From contig NC_047021.1 in NCBI RefSeq assembly GCF_902652985.1, positions 35,154,001-35,218,000 of the forward strand: DNA of 64,000 bases. Reading direction: 5' to 3'. Under the pieces are notes generated by a model that saw only the letters and a list, made by a program, of their open reading frames with translations, was not told where the DNA came from and did no database searches. Source of the DNA: Pecten maximus (lineage: Eukaryota). How positions within the stretch are numbered: position 1 is the stretch's first letter; every line of letters starts with the position of its first letter. A program made the translations under genes and the position numbers. Below are positions 12,909-24,790 of the stretch, in pieces.

Positions 12909-14555
12909 TAGGGAGAGGTAACTTGTTGGTAGGTAGAGGTAACTTGTCAGTAGGTAGATGTAACTTGTCAGTAGGGAGAGGTAACTTGTCAGTAGGGAGA
13001 GGTAACTTGTCAGAAGGTAGAGGTAACTTGTCAGTAGGGAGAGGTAACTTGTCGGTAGGTAGAGGTAACTTGTCAGTAGGTTGAGGTAACTTATCAGTAG
13101 GTAGAGGTAACTTGTCAGTAGGTAGAGGTAACTTACCTCTCCCTACTGACAAGTTACCTCTACCTACTGACAAGTTACATCTACCCACTGACAAGTTACC
13201 TCTACCTAATGACAAGTTACCTCTCCCTCCTACAAGTAACCTCTACCTACTGACAAGTTACCTACTGATAAGTTACCTCTACCTACTGACAAGTTACCTC
13301 TCCCTACTGACATGTTACCTCTCCCTACTGACAAGTTACCTCTACCTACTGATAAGTTACCCCTACCTACTGACAAGTTACCTCTTCCTACTGACAAGTA
13401 ACCTCTACCTACTGACAAGTTACCTCTCTCTTATGACAAGTTACCTCTCCCTACTGTCAAGTCACCTCTACCTACTGACAAGTTACCTCTCCCTACTGAC
13501 AAGTAACCTCTACCTACTGACAAGTAACCTCTACCTACTGACAAGTTACCTCTACTCACTAACAAGTTACCTCTACCTACTGACAAGTTACCTCTCCCTA
13601 CTGACAAGTTACCTCTCTCTTATGACAAGTTACCTCTACCTACTGACAAGTTACCTCTACCTACTGATAAGTTACCTCTACCTACTGACAAGTTACCTCT
13701 ACCTACTGACAAGTAACCTCTCCCTACTGACAAGTTACCTCTACCTACTAACAAGTTACCTCTACCTACTGACAAGTTACATTTACCTACTGACAAGTCA
13801 CCTCTACCTACTGACAAGTTACCTCTCCCTACTGACAAGTTACCTCTACCTAATGACAAGTAACCTCTCCCAAATGACAAGTTACCTATACCTACTGACA
13901 AGTTAAATCTACCTACTAACAAGTTAAATCTACCTACTGACAAGTTAATCTACCTACTGACAAGTTACCTCTACCTACTGACAAGTTAATCTACCTACTG
14001 ACAAGTTACCTCTCCCTACTGACAAGTTACCTCTACCTACTGACAAGTTACCTCTCCCTACTGACAATTTAATCTACCTACTAACAAGTTACCTCTACCT
14101 ACTGACAAGTTACCTCTACCTACTGACAAGTCACCTCTCCCTACTGACAATTTAATCTACCTACTAACAAGTTACCTCTACCTACTGACAAGTTACCTCT
14201 ACCTACTGACAAGTTACCTCTCCCTACTGACAATTTAATCTACCTACTAACAAGTTACCTCTACCTACTGACAAGTTACCTCTACCTACTGACAAGTCAC
14301 CTCTTCCTAATAACAAGTTACCTCTACCTACTAACAAGTTACCTCTACCTACTAACAAGTTACCTCTACCTACTGACAAGTCACCTCTACCTACTGACAA
14401 GTTACCTCTACCTACTGACAAGTTACCTCTACCTACTAATAAGTTACCTCTTCCTACTGACAAGTTACCTCTACCTACTAATAAGTTACCTCTTCCTACT
14501 GACAAGTTACCTCTCCCTACTGACAAGTTACCTCTACCTACTGACAGGTTACTTC
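12909..14555. repeat. 21-bp minisatellite (agttacctct[a/c]cctactgaca)n with internal orientation switch at ~13131
   Basis: Direct reading. 12909-13131 is the reverse complement of the unit repeated in 13132-14555. Confidence 0.97.
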
Positions 14556-15364
14556 TGGTAAACCTTTTGGTTCACTTTACCATTATGGTGAATCATTTCA
14601 TGGCCATGGTAAAGCGAAACATTTCACTATTTTCTTTCTACACTTTTTTCCACCAAATCCTTTTCAAATTACACTATATAATTCCTCTAAACACATTAAC
14701 ACATACAAACATGTCTGGGTGTCAGGTAATTTAAAGTGGCGCGGGGCGATTCACTTTACCATGATCATGGTAAAGTGCAGGCGCGGATCCAGGAATTTGA
14801 AACAGGACCCTCCCCCCCCCCCCCCTCAACCCCCCCCCCCCCCCCCTCCGGGTCCGCTAGTGAAGTGAAGCTTTTCTTTTCGCCAAATCTGTTTTAAATT
14901 AAATTACCTTGTTTTATTCCTCTGAAAAAAGTGAAATGCTTCACTTCACCATGGCCATGGTAAAGTGAAGCGCCCCACCCCACCCTAAATTTCCTGACCC
15001 CAGACATTTTTTTGTGTGTAAATGTGTTCAGAGGAATAAAACAAGGTAATTTAAAAAAGATTTGGCGAAAAAAAGAATTACTCAGAAAAAAATGAAATGC
15101 TTCACTTTACCATGGCCATGGTAAAGTGAAGCGCCCTGCCCCACCCTATTTTTTGTGTGATCAGATGTAGAGAAATAAATAAGCTAATTGATAAAACAAT
15201 TGTGTAAAAAAAAGTCAATTAAAAACAAAATATAAGGTGGCTTCACTTTACCATGGGAGGGTTCATTTCGCCATAATTGTGAAATGAACCGCGGTTCACT
15301 TAACCATTATGGTATTTTGACCCCGGTTCATTTCACCATGCTTCAAAATACCATGCCACACCGG
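14556..15364. mobile_element. Right arm of a putative non-autonomous DNA element carrying the 21-bp array and 162-bp palindromic modules (copy 1)
   Basis: Repeated ttcactttaccatgg motifs, perfect palindrome gcttcactttaccatggccatggtaaagtgaagc (~15099-15132), terminus ...ccatgccacaccgg|ta shared with 24329 and 47520. Confidence 0.55.
14778..14862. mobile_element. Small nested MITE (caggcgcggatcc...gggtccgctagtg)
   Basis: Imperfect 13-bp TIRs. Flanked by aagtg duplication (14773-14777, 14863-14867). Interrupts one ttcactttaccatg palindrome. Confidence 0.6.
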
Positions 15365-15796
15365 TACATTTCATTCCTTACCTCCTCATAGCTGCTCGCC
15401 CTTCTGTTGTAATGTACTTGAGGTTTATTAGCTAGTTGGTCGTATTTGCCTGCATCCATGATGTCTAAATAACTCACTTGTATTCCAGGTGTAAAACTTG
15501 TCTTGAATATGCGAGTTATATCAGAGCTTATGTACTATGGTCACCTTTACACATTCACTAATTGTCAACAAAAAAACTGTCGACAAAAAACATCCACGAA
15601 AACGGGTGTACCTGCTACGCATGGATAATTCTTTTTTTTATATCTACGGTAACCAGCGCGTATCACAATGGGAAAGTAAGGTCATTGAGATCGTTATACA
15701 CCGCGACATACTATATGAGTTATCAGGAAAAAGTATATCTACAGTCGAATCTGTATTAAGTGACCACTCAAGGGAAGTTGAAGAACGGATGGCTAA

Positions 15797-15896
15797 NNNN
15801 NNNNNNNNNNNNNNNNNNNNNNNNNNNNNNNNNNNNNNNNNNNNNNNNNNNNNNNNNNNNNNNNNNNNNNNNNNNNNNNNNNNNNNNNNNNNNNNN
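15797..15896. other. Assembly gap (100 N)
   Basis: Run of N. Confidence 1.
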
Positions 15897-16270
15897 GGGG
15901 GGGTGGGGAAGGACGGTTAAAGGGATTTTTTGGGGGTTGTAATGGGGGGAAATGGAGGGTTTAAATTTGGGGGTATGGGGTAGGTGGGAATGAACTGTGT
16001 GACAGTAAGGTGTGGGGGTAGTGGGAATGGATTGTGTTACAGTAAGGTGTGGGGGTAGTGGGAATGAACTGTGTGACAGTAAGGTGTGGGGGTAGTGGGA
16101 ATGGATTGTTTGACGGTAAGGTGTGGGGGTAGTGGGAATGAACTGTGTGACAGTAAGGTGTGGGGGTAGTGAGAATGGACAGTGTGACAGTAAGGTGTGA
16201 GGGTAGTGGGAATGGACTGTGTGACAGTAAGGTGTGTGGGTAGTGGGAATGAACTGTGTGACAGTAAGAT
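15897..16270. repeat. 37-bp G-rich minisatellite (truncated by gap)
   Basis: gtagtgggaatggactgtgtgacagtaaggtgtgggg units. Low-quality sequence next to the gap. Confidence 0.93.
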
Positions 16271-17634
16271 ATGAGAGTAATGGAAATTAATCATTTCTTT
16301 TTCGATGTCAAACATTCATTATAAAGAAATACATTCAGTCATTGAGATGTCATAGTGATTCTACAAACGAATTATATTATGACTCGTGCACAGTATTGTT
16401 TATGCAACACTAGGCCAGTATCAATAGAAGTATATTAAAAGAGATACGACATTATGTATCTAGTGTGTTATTATACAAGTAGGAATGAACACTAATTATA
16501 CCGATTTGATAAACCTTTGATAAACCGATGAAGTCGTTATAGGAAAGATTGGTAGACGACAAATATCTCATCATCTGATGATCTGACCATTTAAGATACC
16601 GAAAGGAGCCAAAACCCATTTCGATACTTTTAATAAAAAGAATGGCTTTCTTCTCTTTATTTGTGGTTAGTTTTCTACTTATTTTAACCTCGAAGATGGG
16701 ATATCACTAACAAAGAGAGGACAATCATTATATATGTCACTTACTTCAACCTCGGAGATGAGATACAATGTATTACAAAAAAAGAAAGGACATTAATTTT
16801 ATATGTATATGTTACTTACTCCAAATTCGCAGATTAGAGATCACAAATTCAACATAAGTTACTGAAAAGTGAATTAGAGTGCCAATGATACAAAAGTTAT
16901 CTCCCCTTATAATATACATATGCTAGATATAAAGAGCATGGTCATTGGTATTAGATTCAATTGATACTCCCTGTTGTAAATTGTAAACAGCATTGTGCCA
17001 AAATAACTTTAATTAACAGGACAGACAAATCGACGTATTAATTTCGGTGTACCACTTACCATGTTTTTCTGCCTTTTTCTTATGGCAAAAAATGAAAAAA
17101 ATAATAACTAACTTTTAAAATATAAGATACAACAAAATGTCTTGATATGTATCGACCTGGTTTATAGTTTTTAAGTTTTAATTCTTATTATACGCTTCCA
17201 CCAAATGCCATATGTCATTCATAGGAGAATCGGAGATCGATACCGAACACCTTTCCCTGTTTTTCATACATAGTATCACTATATTAGGTCACCTGAGATG
17301 TTGGTGACAATTTGTTCAATGACTGATCGGTCAGATCATCCTCGCTAGAATACGACGTTTGACGAACTTGATAATTTATATTTGGAATGATGCTATTGAC
17401 AATTTTGTAGCAAGTTTTTGTCATGGTTTTTATATTCATAAAATTGCTTCATACATTTTCTTGGAGGCCATTATGCATTTAGTCAGAAAAGATATGAAGT
17501 TCATTATATTAAAACCGAAAGTGCCCGGTGGCCATGTTTATTAACCCAGACACCTTTAGTTTATCTTTACACTGACCGAGTTACTCTAACGTGTACTACT
17601 CAATTTCGTATACTACAATATGGTTTAATAACAA

Positions 17635-18098
17635 CATTTCTACCACAATACCCCGTGTTATTCAACTCCCAGACCATCAGTTAATCATTACAGCTGTGGA
17701 TTAACAATCTGTTTATAACACACGTGGTATAAACTCTGTACGCATTTTGATCGGCTAACACGGTGAACTTTGACCCAAGCTGCAATTGTTATTGACGTCA
17801 TCAATAATCTAATGACGTCACATCACCGGGTCCCGGACGTCACCGGTACACTTTATTTGCATACGCGAAATTATACTTGGCCACGTTTCCCTTTGATTCA
17901 AGCCGATATTATTGTGGTAGAAACAGGTCACACGACTCGTGATTGTTGGATATGGAATTTATTTCACACTCGTAAGTTATTTTTTAAAAGTTGCAAAAAA
18001 CACTCGCTAAAGCTGGTGTCTTTTGTAACTTTTAAAAAATAACTTACTCGTGTGAAATAAATTCCATATCCAACAACCACTCGTTGTGTAACCTCTAT
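17635..18098. mobile_element. Non-autonomous element with long subterminal hairpin (Crypton-N-like architecture), present only in unit 1
   Basis: Near-perfect ~70-bp-arm inverted repeat at 17936-18085. Segment absent at the paralogous site ~40770. Family assignment is from recalled architecture only. Confidence 0.65.
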
Positions 18099-18410
18099 AT
18101 ACATTGCTATATTCAGATGCTTCACAGAACGCAAATATGCTACTAGTGATATGTTTAAATAAGGATTTATCAACAGATAGGGTTATACGATAAACTGTAA
18201 ACATACAACTACAGGATATAAAACGACAAATATTATAGACGTTTAGTGTTTTTAAACATAATTTTTGACCACGCGATTATCTCTTGAAATACATATCGCA
18301 TACGCGTAACGAAGAAGGTGTCCGGACCGGATATATTTCTGGCCTAGTTTGTATATTAGGATCGTATTTCTCGTGACGAGGAGTGATAAGGGGTACAGGA
18401 GGTTTCTGTG

Positions 18411-18512
18411 AAACCCGTGGCTGAACGATTACAGACCTGTGAGTAAACCCGTGGCTGAACGATTACAGACCTGTGAGTAAACCCGTGGCTGAACCAGTAT
18501 AGAACTGTGAGT
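18411..18512 (+). repeat. 34-bp VNTR x3 containing putative 5' splice donor (ct|GTGAGT) upstream of TRIM-a1
   Basis: aaacccgtggctgaacgattacagacctgtgagt x3. Six copies at 41086-41289, single copies at ~29343 and ~52856. Confidence 0.85.
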
Positions 18513-20320
18513 AAACACGTGTATATTGACGTTTAACTATTATTATCGGTATCATAACAAATAACACGCTTTCAATACAATTTACAAAGCGATACACTCG
18601 AAGATATTATCTTTATAACAACACACTATTATCAACCGTGGGCATATATCAGCTGATATACATGTATGTGAAATGAAAGTTGACCTATGTAGATTCCAAG
18701 AAATCATAATATAATGATGTTAATACATGAACAATGACATTTTGCTTGATAGACAAATGTCCATATATACAACATTAACACATATAAATTGATTTATTTG
18801 AAGTTTATTCGTGTCTACTTTCGTTCTATATTTGTCTAACATTGTATACACTCTTAATACATACTCCTGTATAATCCTATGGACTGTCCAAGTGTCCAAA
18901 TGGTGGAGTGTGGACATTTAAAATTCAGGAAAAGGATTGAAATCGTTTCTTATTGAGAAATATTTTAGTCACACATATATTGTGATTGGTTTTTTAAAAA
19001 CTTTCATGGTGATCAAATCGTTGCCATGAGATCTCAAAAGTCTTTCAAATTCGAGAATACATTTATGTACTTCCGTTTTCAATATTTTCAGTGTATCCGA
19101 GGTTATCAGTCGTGAATCTACATTATAATGCAGTGCATATTTTCAAAGATACTTGAGGCTAGAAGTCAAAACAGAAAGATCCTAAATATGTTTCATGAAA
19201 TTGGGAAAGTAAACTAAATATTTTAAAAATTCGGGGCTATAGGAACTTGTATTACGCACTTTATCAACAGGACTATCAAATTCACAATCGTTGCTAATGT
19301 CGCTATATTTGTGAAGTTCCATTTACTTGGAAATTTAAGAAACTATTAAAACACCTTGAAAACGAACTGTGTACATCAACTTAGTATGAAAGATAATGTA
19401 CACACGGATTATATTATGATAGCAGCGCTGGAACGAAAACAGTTTTAAAAATCCATATATTATAGTTCAAATAATTAAATTCCATAACCAAAATATTATT
19501 CAAATGAACACTCAAAATATTGTTCAGCAGATTTGCTTGAGAAACGGTCTTAAGGAAGTATTTATAACTCAAATATACAGAGGATGTGATTTAAAGCCAC
19601 TATTACGTTATGTTTCAACCACGGGAAAGAATTTGGCCTATGAATAATGAAACATGTCCAAAATTAAGCGATACACGAGCCCAAACCGTAAAAAAGAATG
19701 GAAAATATAAAATGGCTGCAGTGACTTTTAATTTAAGTAATGAACAGAAAGTGCTAGTTTTGTAACATACTCTTTGTACTCATGTCAGATTAGTGCCATA
19801 ACAGTTCCTTCTGTTATTGGGTGAATTTTTTTTTTCTTATTTTCGGTTACCGTGGAAACAAAAGTCTGATATACATCATTTGTAAGTTATCCCAGGCTTT
19901 TAGTTACAACACATTCAACTGATCTTGGTGTTCTCATTAGACACTTTTGATGAAAATTTATGTTTGATATTTCGGTTACCATGGAGGGGTTCATGCTTTT
20001 CAGCTCTTATTTTTCTATTAATGCATTCCTCGTGGTTAAATCATCACGTTGGTCAACTTAATCAGCTGTCCTTATCATGGAATTAAAATTGTTTTGCTTA
20101 AAACACGACCACGATGACCACTGTATTCTCAAATTGATTTTCCGACTTCTCATAAAGATAACAATGTGAACTGCTAAGCATTATGGGCCTTTTGTTTACA
20201 CAATGCCATACTTCAGATACTTTCACTTAAAGAGGACGTACCATTTGATTTGGTTTACACGTACTTGTAGGGTTTTCATTTAGACGATCTGATTCCAGGT
20301 AACACGGATACCTTCTGAAC

Positions 20321-22330
20321 ATGGCGGAAGTATTTGTCCGGGAACAGTCGTCGGAAGATGGCTCCAGGAGTAAATCTCTGGACACTCCAGTACTGGAATG
20401 TTCTATCTGTCTGGAACAGCTGCGACACCCTAAATCTCTCCCTTGTCTACATTCATTTTGTGAGGAATGCCTTGGTAGCTACATCACCAAGGAGTCGTCA
20501 GGTAAGATGGCGTCGGCGTCTTCTTTCTCCTGTCCTGTATGCCGTAAGGTCACCGAGCCGATGAACCCGTCAGAAGACAAGGGAGGTTGGGCCGGACAGT
20601 TTCCTACCAACAATCTGGCAGTCGAAATGATCCGACATTTACAAAATACGAATACGTTGATCACATGCAAGCCCTGTGAGAAGAAAGGAAATACGAATGT
20701 ACCAGCAAAGTTTTGGTGCCATCAAACCAAATCTTACTTCTGTGCAACCTGTAAAATCAGCCATCATGACCTGTTTCATGAAGAATGCGAACCCGAGAAT
20801 ATCACGGAATGGAATAAATCAGATACGATCCGAAGGCAGACGTCGGCTGCTGGATGTGGAAAGCACAAAGAGAAATTAGAGTATTATTGTGAAGATCATC
20901 AGATTCTTGGATGTAGCAAATGTATCATTGTCGATCACCGGAAGTGTGAAGTAGTGACATCAGCAGACGATTTCCGGGACAAGCTGACAACCACGAAGAT
21001 CGACGGTCTTCTTGAAGCACTTCGGAGATGCGTAGACGCCATGGAGACATTGATAAAAGATGCTGACAAACAACTTCAGTACATGACGCAAGATCAAGAA
21101 ATCGCGTTACAAAGTTTAACAGACCTACGTAGAAAGATTAACGAGAGGTTCGATCAACTTCAGAAAGAGCTTACGGACAGATTAACAAATTCATTCAAAA
21201 AGGAGAAGGAAAACTTGGATATATCAAAACTGAAATGTGAACGATTGATGTTCGCTATGCACAATACACTAACGTCATCCACGGATGCGGCCTTGAAGGA
21301 CGATACCGTAGGGACGATCTGTCTGTTCAAGAGAGGACAGGCAGAGCTTGAGTCCTGTAAAGAACTCATAAAAGAATTGGAAGAGTCGTCTAAATCTACC
21401 CGTCTGAGTCATGAATATGACTCCAAGATACTCACATTGGGGACCAAGAAAGGTATTAACATGGGAATGATTGCTGTTCATCAACTACAGAGGAAACTTC
21501 CATCTACTTTAAATTGTACACCGTTCTACGAACGTCAATTGAAGAAGACAAAAAGGTTGAACATCAAAGTTGCCTCTGACGAGAACAACTGTTGTGCGTT
21601 AAGTGTATTGCTCCTGTCCGGTGGCCGTATCGTTGTCGGAGATTATGCAAACAAAAAAGTGAAACTGTTCACAGAAAACGGAAAATTCCAATGTGAGGTG
21701 GGAATGGCTGATGAACCTTGTGATCTGTGTCGTATTGATGAGAACACTGTGGCAGTGACATTGACAAACAGTCAAACAATATGTGTTGTCAATGTCGTGG
21801 ATTTAACTTTGACACTCGCATCTGAAATAGAAATTCCAGACATTACTGGAAAATGCCTTGGTATCACATACAGCAGGAACTCGTTTATTGTAGGTACAGA
21901 AACCACACTTTACGGTGTATCGAAAAACGGAGGTGAAGCTACAAAGCTCCGGGCAATTGAATCAAGATGTTTGCATCTCGCCAGTAATCAGAAGAATGGA
22001 CACGTCTTTGCTAGCATCGCTACCTCTGTATTTGACCAAATTGCCGTAACACGGCTGTCTGACGGGACTCACACAGACGTGCTGAAGGTCGGGGTAGTGG
22101 ATGCTACAACGGGAATAAACGTAGACAGGGAGGGTAACGTGTACGTCTGTGGAAGAATATCTGGCAACGTCATACAGCTGTCAGGGGACGGAACTAATGT
22201 CAGGGAACTGCTGACGTCATCGGATGGAATAGAAAACCTGAGGGCGATTTCCGTGTGGGATTATACATTAGTGATCACAAGTGAGTCATCAGACCAACAG
22301 AACTTTGTAAACGTCTTAAAGCTTGTTTGA
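20321..22330 (+). CDS. TRIM-a1: RING - B-box - B-box - coiled coil - NHL-like beta-propeller E3 ligase (TRIM2/3/56/71-like), single coding exon, 669 aa
   Basis: C3HC4 RING CSIC...CLHSFCEEC...CPVC; B-box2 CGKH...YYCEDH...CSKC...DHRKC; heptad region; propeller repeats (GRIVVGDYANKKVKLF, GINVDREGNVYVCG). AATAAA at 22450. Confidence 0.93.
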   Translation: MAEVFVREQSSEDGSRSKSLDTPVLECSICLEQLRHPKSLPCLHSFCEECLGSYITKESSGKMASASSFSCPVCRKVTEPMNPSEDKGGWAGQFPTNNLAVEMIRHLQNTNTLITCKPCEKKGNTNVPAKFWCHQTKSYFCATCKISHHDLFHEECEPENITEWNKSDTIRRQTSAAGCGKHKEKLEYYCEDHQILGCSKCIIVDHRKCEVVTSADDFRDKLTTTKIDGLLEALRRCVDAMETLIKDADKQLQYMTQDQEIALQSLTDLRRKINERFDQLQKELTDRLTNSFKKEKENLDISKLKCERLMFAMHNTLTSSTDAALKDDTVGTICLFKRGQAELESCKELIKELEESSKSTRLSHEYDSKILTLGTKKGINMGMIAVHQLQRKLPSTLNCTPFYERQLKKTKRLNIKVASDENNCCALSVLLLSGGRIVVGDYANKKVKLFTENGKFQCEVGMADEPCDLCRIDENTVAVTLTNSQTICVVNVVDLTLTLASEIEIPDITGKCLGITYSRNSFIVGTETTLYGVSKNGGEATKLRAIESRCLHLASNQKNGHVFASIATSVFDQIAVTRLSDGTHTDVLKVGVVDATTGINVDREGNVYVCGRISGNVIQLSGDGTNVRELLTSSDGIENLRAISVWDYTLVITSESSDQQNFVNVLKLV

Positions 22331-23299
22331 ATGATAAAGTATCGATTTGCATCCATAAATCATATGTGGACTCACGAAATGCCAACGAGTTTATATTCAT
22401 TCTACTACATCTGTATCATACCCAGAATGTACAAATTTCACTGATAGAAAATAAACAATTTCTAATCACAACGAAAGAATTCAGCTAACACGCTTTTACT
22501 TGTAAAAGTATTAGAAATGACATACATTTTTGTATAAAGTATCATCGTAGATTGGGATTCCAAAGACACTTTAAATGATGTATCTGCATATATGGTTGCT
22601 GCAGTATATATGAATTACTGTAATCATGTTAAGAGCTTGTAACTATTATCTACTATTATCTATTATGATGAAGACGGAGTTCATATCAATTTGTAAGCTG
22701 TTGTATCGATGTTAAGAATAATAACTTGTATCATTTTCCGACATATTACACATTTCGACAGTTTCAAAAGGCATGTACCATGCTGGAATGAATGTCTATC
22801 AAGAAGGAGGTGTACAATGCAGACCCAGTGGGCCTCTTGTGTAGGAAATGACATATTTTGTTTATGTTTAGTTGGAAATTAATCAATTTTGGATGAAGGT
22901 TTAATGATAGGCGGAGCCCAAAAGGATCAAATTGGTGGAAACTTCAACAGTCTTCTTCTTCAGATCAAGATATGTCGGAATCTAGTATACCTCAGAAGTA
23001 GAAAGGTCTTCAGGTCCGCTATCATGATGGTGAAATTCATTACAGTGGGACATCACATTAACCCCTAGACAGTGGGTAAAGTTTACTATGGTCTACATAG
23101 ATGATAAGCGGTATTGTGTTTGTCTACAAGTTTAGGGATAACAATCTTAGAGCTTGCATAATCTTTTTAATACAGGACCCTGAACTTTCCCTATGGGCTT
23201 AGGGCGTGACCAAAGGAAGAACATTGACTGAAGTTCAATAATTTTCTTCTAATCATACCCAGATATATCGTATCAATTGGAGGTAAAAACTGCGAAATT

Positions 23300-24188
23300 A
23301 GTCTCTTCCTACTGACAAGTTACCTTTACCTACTGACAAGTAACATCTCCCTACTGACAAGTCACCTCTCCCTACTGACAAGTAACATCTACCTATTGAC
23401 AAGTTACCTCTCCCTACTGACAAGTCACCTCTACCTACTGACAAGTTATCTCTCCCTACTGACAAGTCACCTCTCCCTACTGACAGGTTATCTCTCCCTA
23501 CTGACAAGTTACCTCTCCCTACTGACAAGTTACCTCTCCCTACTGACAAGTTACCTCTCCCTACTGACAAGTTACCTCTACCTACTGACAAGTTACCTTT
23601 CCCTGCTGACAAGTTACCTTTATCTACTGACAAGTTACCTCTACCTACTGACAAGTTACCTCTCCCTACTGACAATTAACATCTCCCTACTGACAAGTTA
23701 CCTCTACCTACTGACAAGTTACATTTACCTACTGACAAGTTACCCCTCTACCTACTGACAAGCTACCTCTCCCTACTGACAAGTAACATCTCCCTACTGA
23801 CAAGTTACCTGTCCCTACTGACATGTTACTTCTACCTACTGACAAGTTACCTCTCCCTACTGACAAGTCACCTCTACCTACTGACAAGTTACCTCTACCT
23901 ACTGACAAGTTACCTCTACCTACTGACAATTAACATCTCCCTACTGACAAGTTACCTCTCCCTACTGACAAGTTACCTCTCCTTACTGAAAAGTCACCTT
24001 TACCTACTGACAAGTTACATCTCCCTACTGACAAGTCACCTCTACCTACTGACAAGTTACCTCTACCTACTGACAAGTTACCTCTCCCTACTGACAAATA
24101 ACCACTACCTACTGACAAGTTACCTCTACCTACTGACAAGTTACCTCTCCCTACTGACAAGTTACCTCTCCCAAATGACAAGTTACCC
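23300..24188. repeat. 21-bp minisatellite
   Basis: Same unit as 12909-14555, single orientation, followed by a shortened element arm ending acaccgg at ~24329. Confidence 0.97.
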
Positions 24189-24702
24189 CTGGTTAACCTT
24201 TTGGGTTCACTTTACCATGGGAGTATTCTTTTCGGCATAATGGTGAAATGAACCGCGGTTCACTTAACCATTATTGTATTTTGACCCCGGTTCATTTCAC
24301 CATGCTTCAAAATACCATGCCACACCGGTACATTTCATTCCTTACCTCCTCATAGCTGCTCGTCCTTCTGTTGTAATGTACTTGAGGTTTATTAGCTAGT
24401 TCGTCGTATTTGCCTGCATCCATGATGTCCAAATAATTCACTTGTATTCCAGGTGTAAACCTTGTCTTGAATATGCGAGTTATATCAGAGCTTATGTACT
24501 ATGGTCCCCTTTACACATTCACTAATTGTCAACAAAAAAACTGTCGACAAAAAACATCCACGAATACGGGTGTACCTGCTACGCATGGATAATTCTCTTT
24601 TATATCTACGGTAACCAGCGCGTATCACAATGGGAAAGTAAGGTCATTGAGATCGTTATACACCGCGACATACTATATGAGTTATCAGGAAAAAGTATAT
24701 CT

Positions 24703-24790
24703 ACAGTCGAATCTGTATTAAGTGACCACTCAAGGGAAGTTGAAGAACGGTCTCTTAATGGCGAGTGGTCTCTAAATAGAGATTGTATCT
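24703..24790. mobile_element. Tc1/mariner-type MITE terminal fragment (copies at ~15742 and ~47895)
   Basis: ta|cagtcgaatctgtattaagtgaccactc with inverted partner gagtggtctctaaatagagat. Confidence 0.45.

Noticed and set aside
12901-14526. ORFs of SVGRGNL / LLTSYLY / PTDKLPL heptads (also 23298-24181, 45457-46603)
   Set aside because: Translations of a 21-bp minisatellite, open in several frames on both strands, with no ATG context or splice evidence.
15537-15942. Recurrent ORFs at 15537, 24526 and 47592
   Set aside because: Frames differ between copies through homopolymer indels and they run into a MITE end. No recognisable domain.
20479-21484. Conserved antisense and alternate-frame ORFs within the TRIM genes
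   Set aside because: Shadows of the duplicated TRIM CDS. Their recurrence reflects paralogy, not independent selection.
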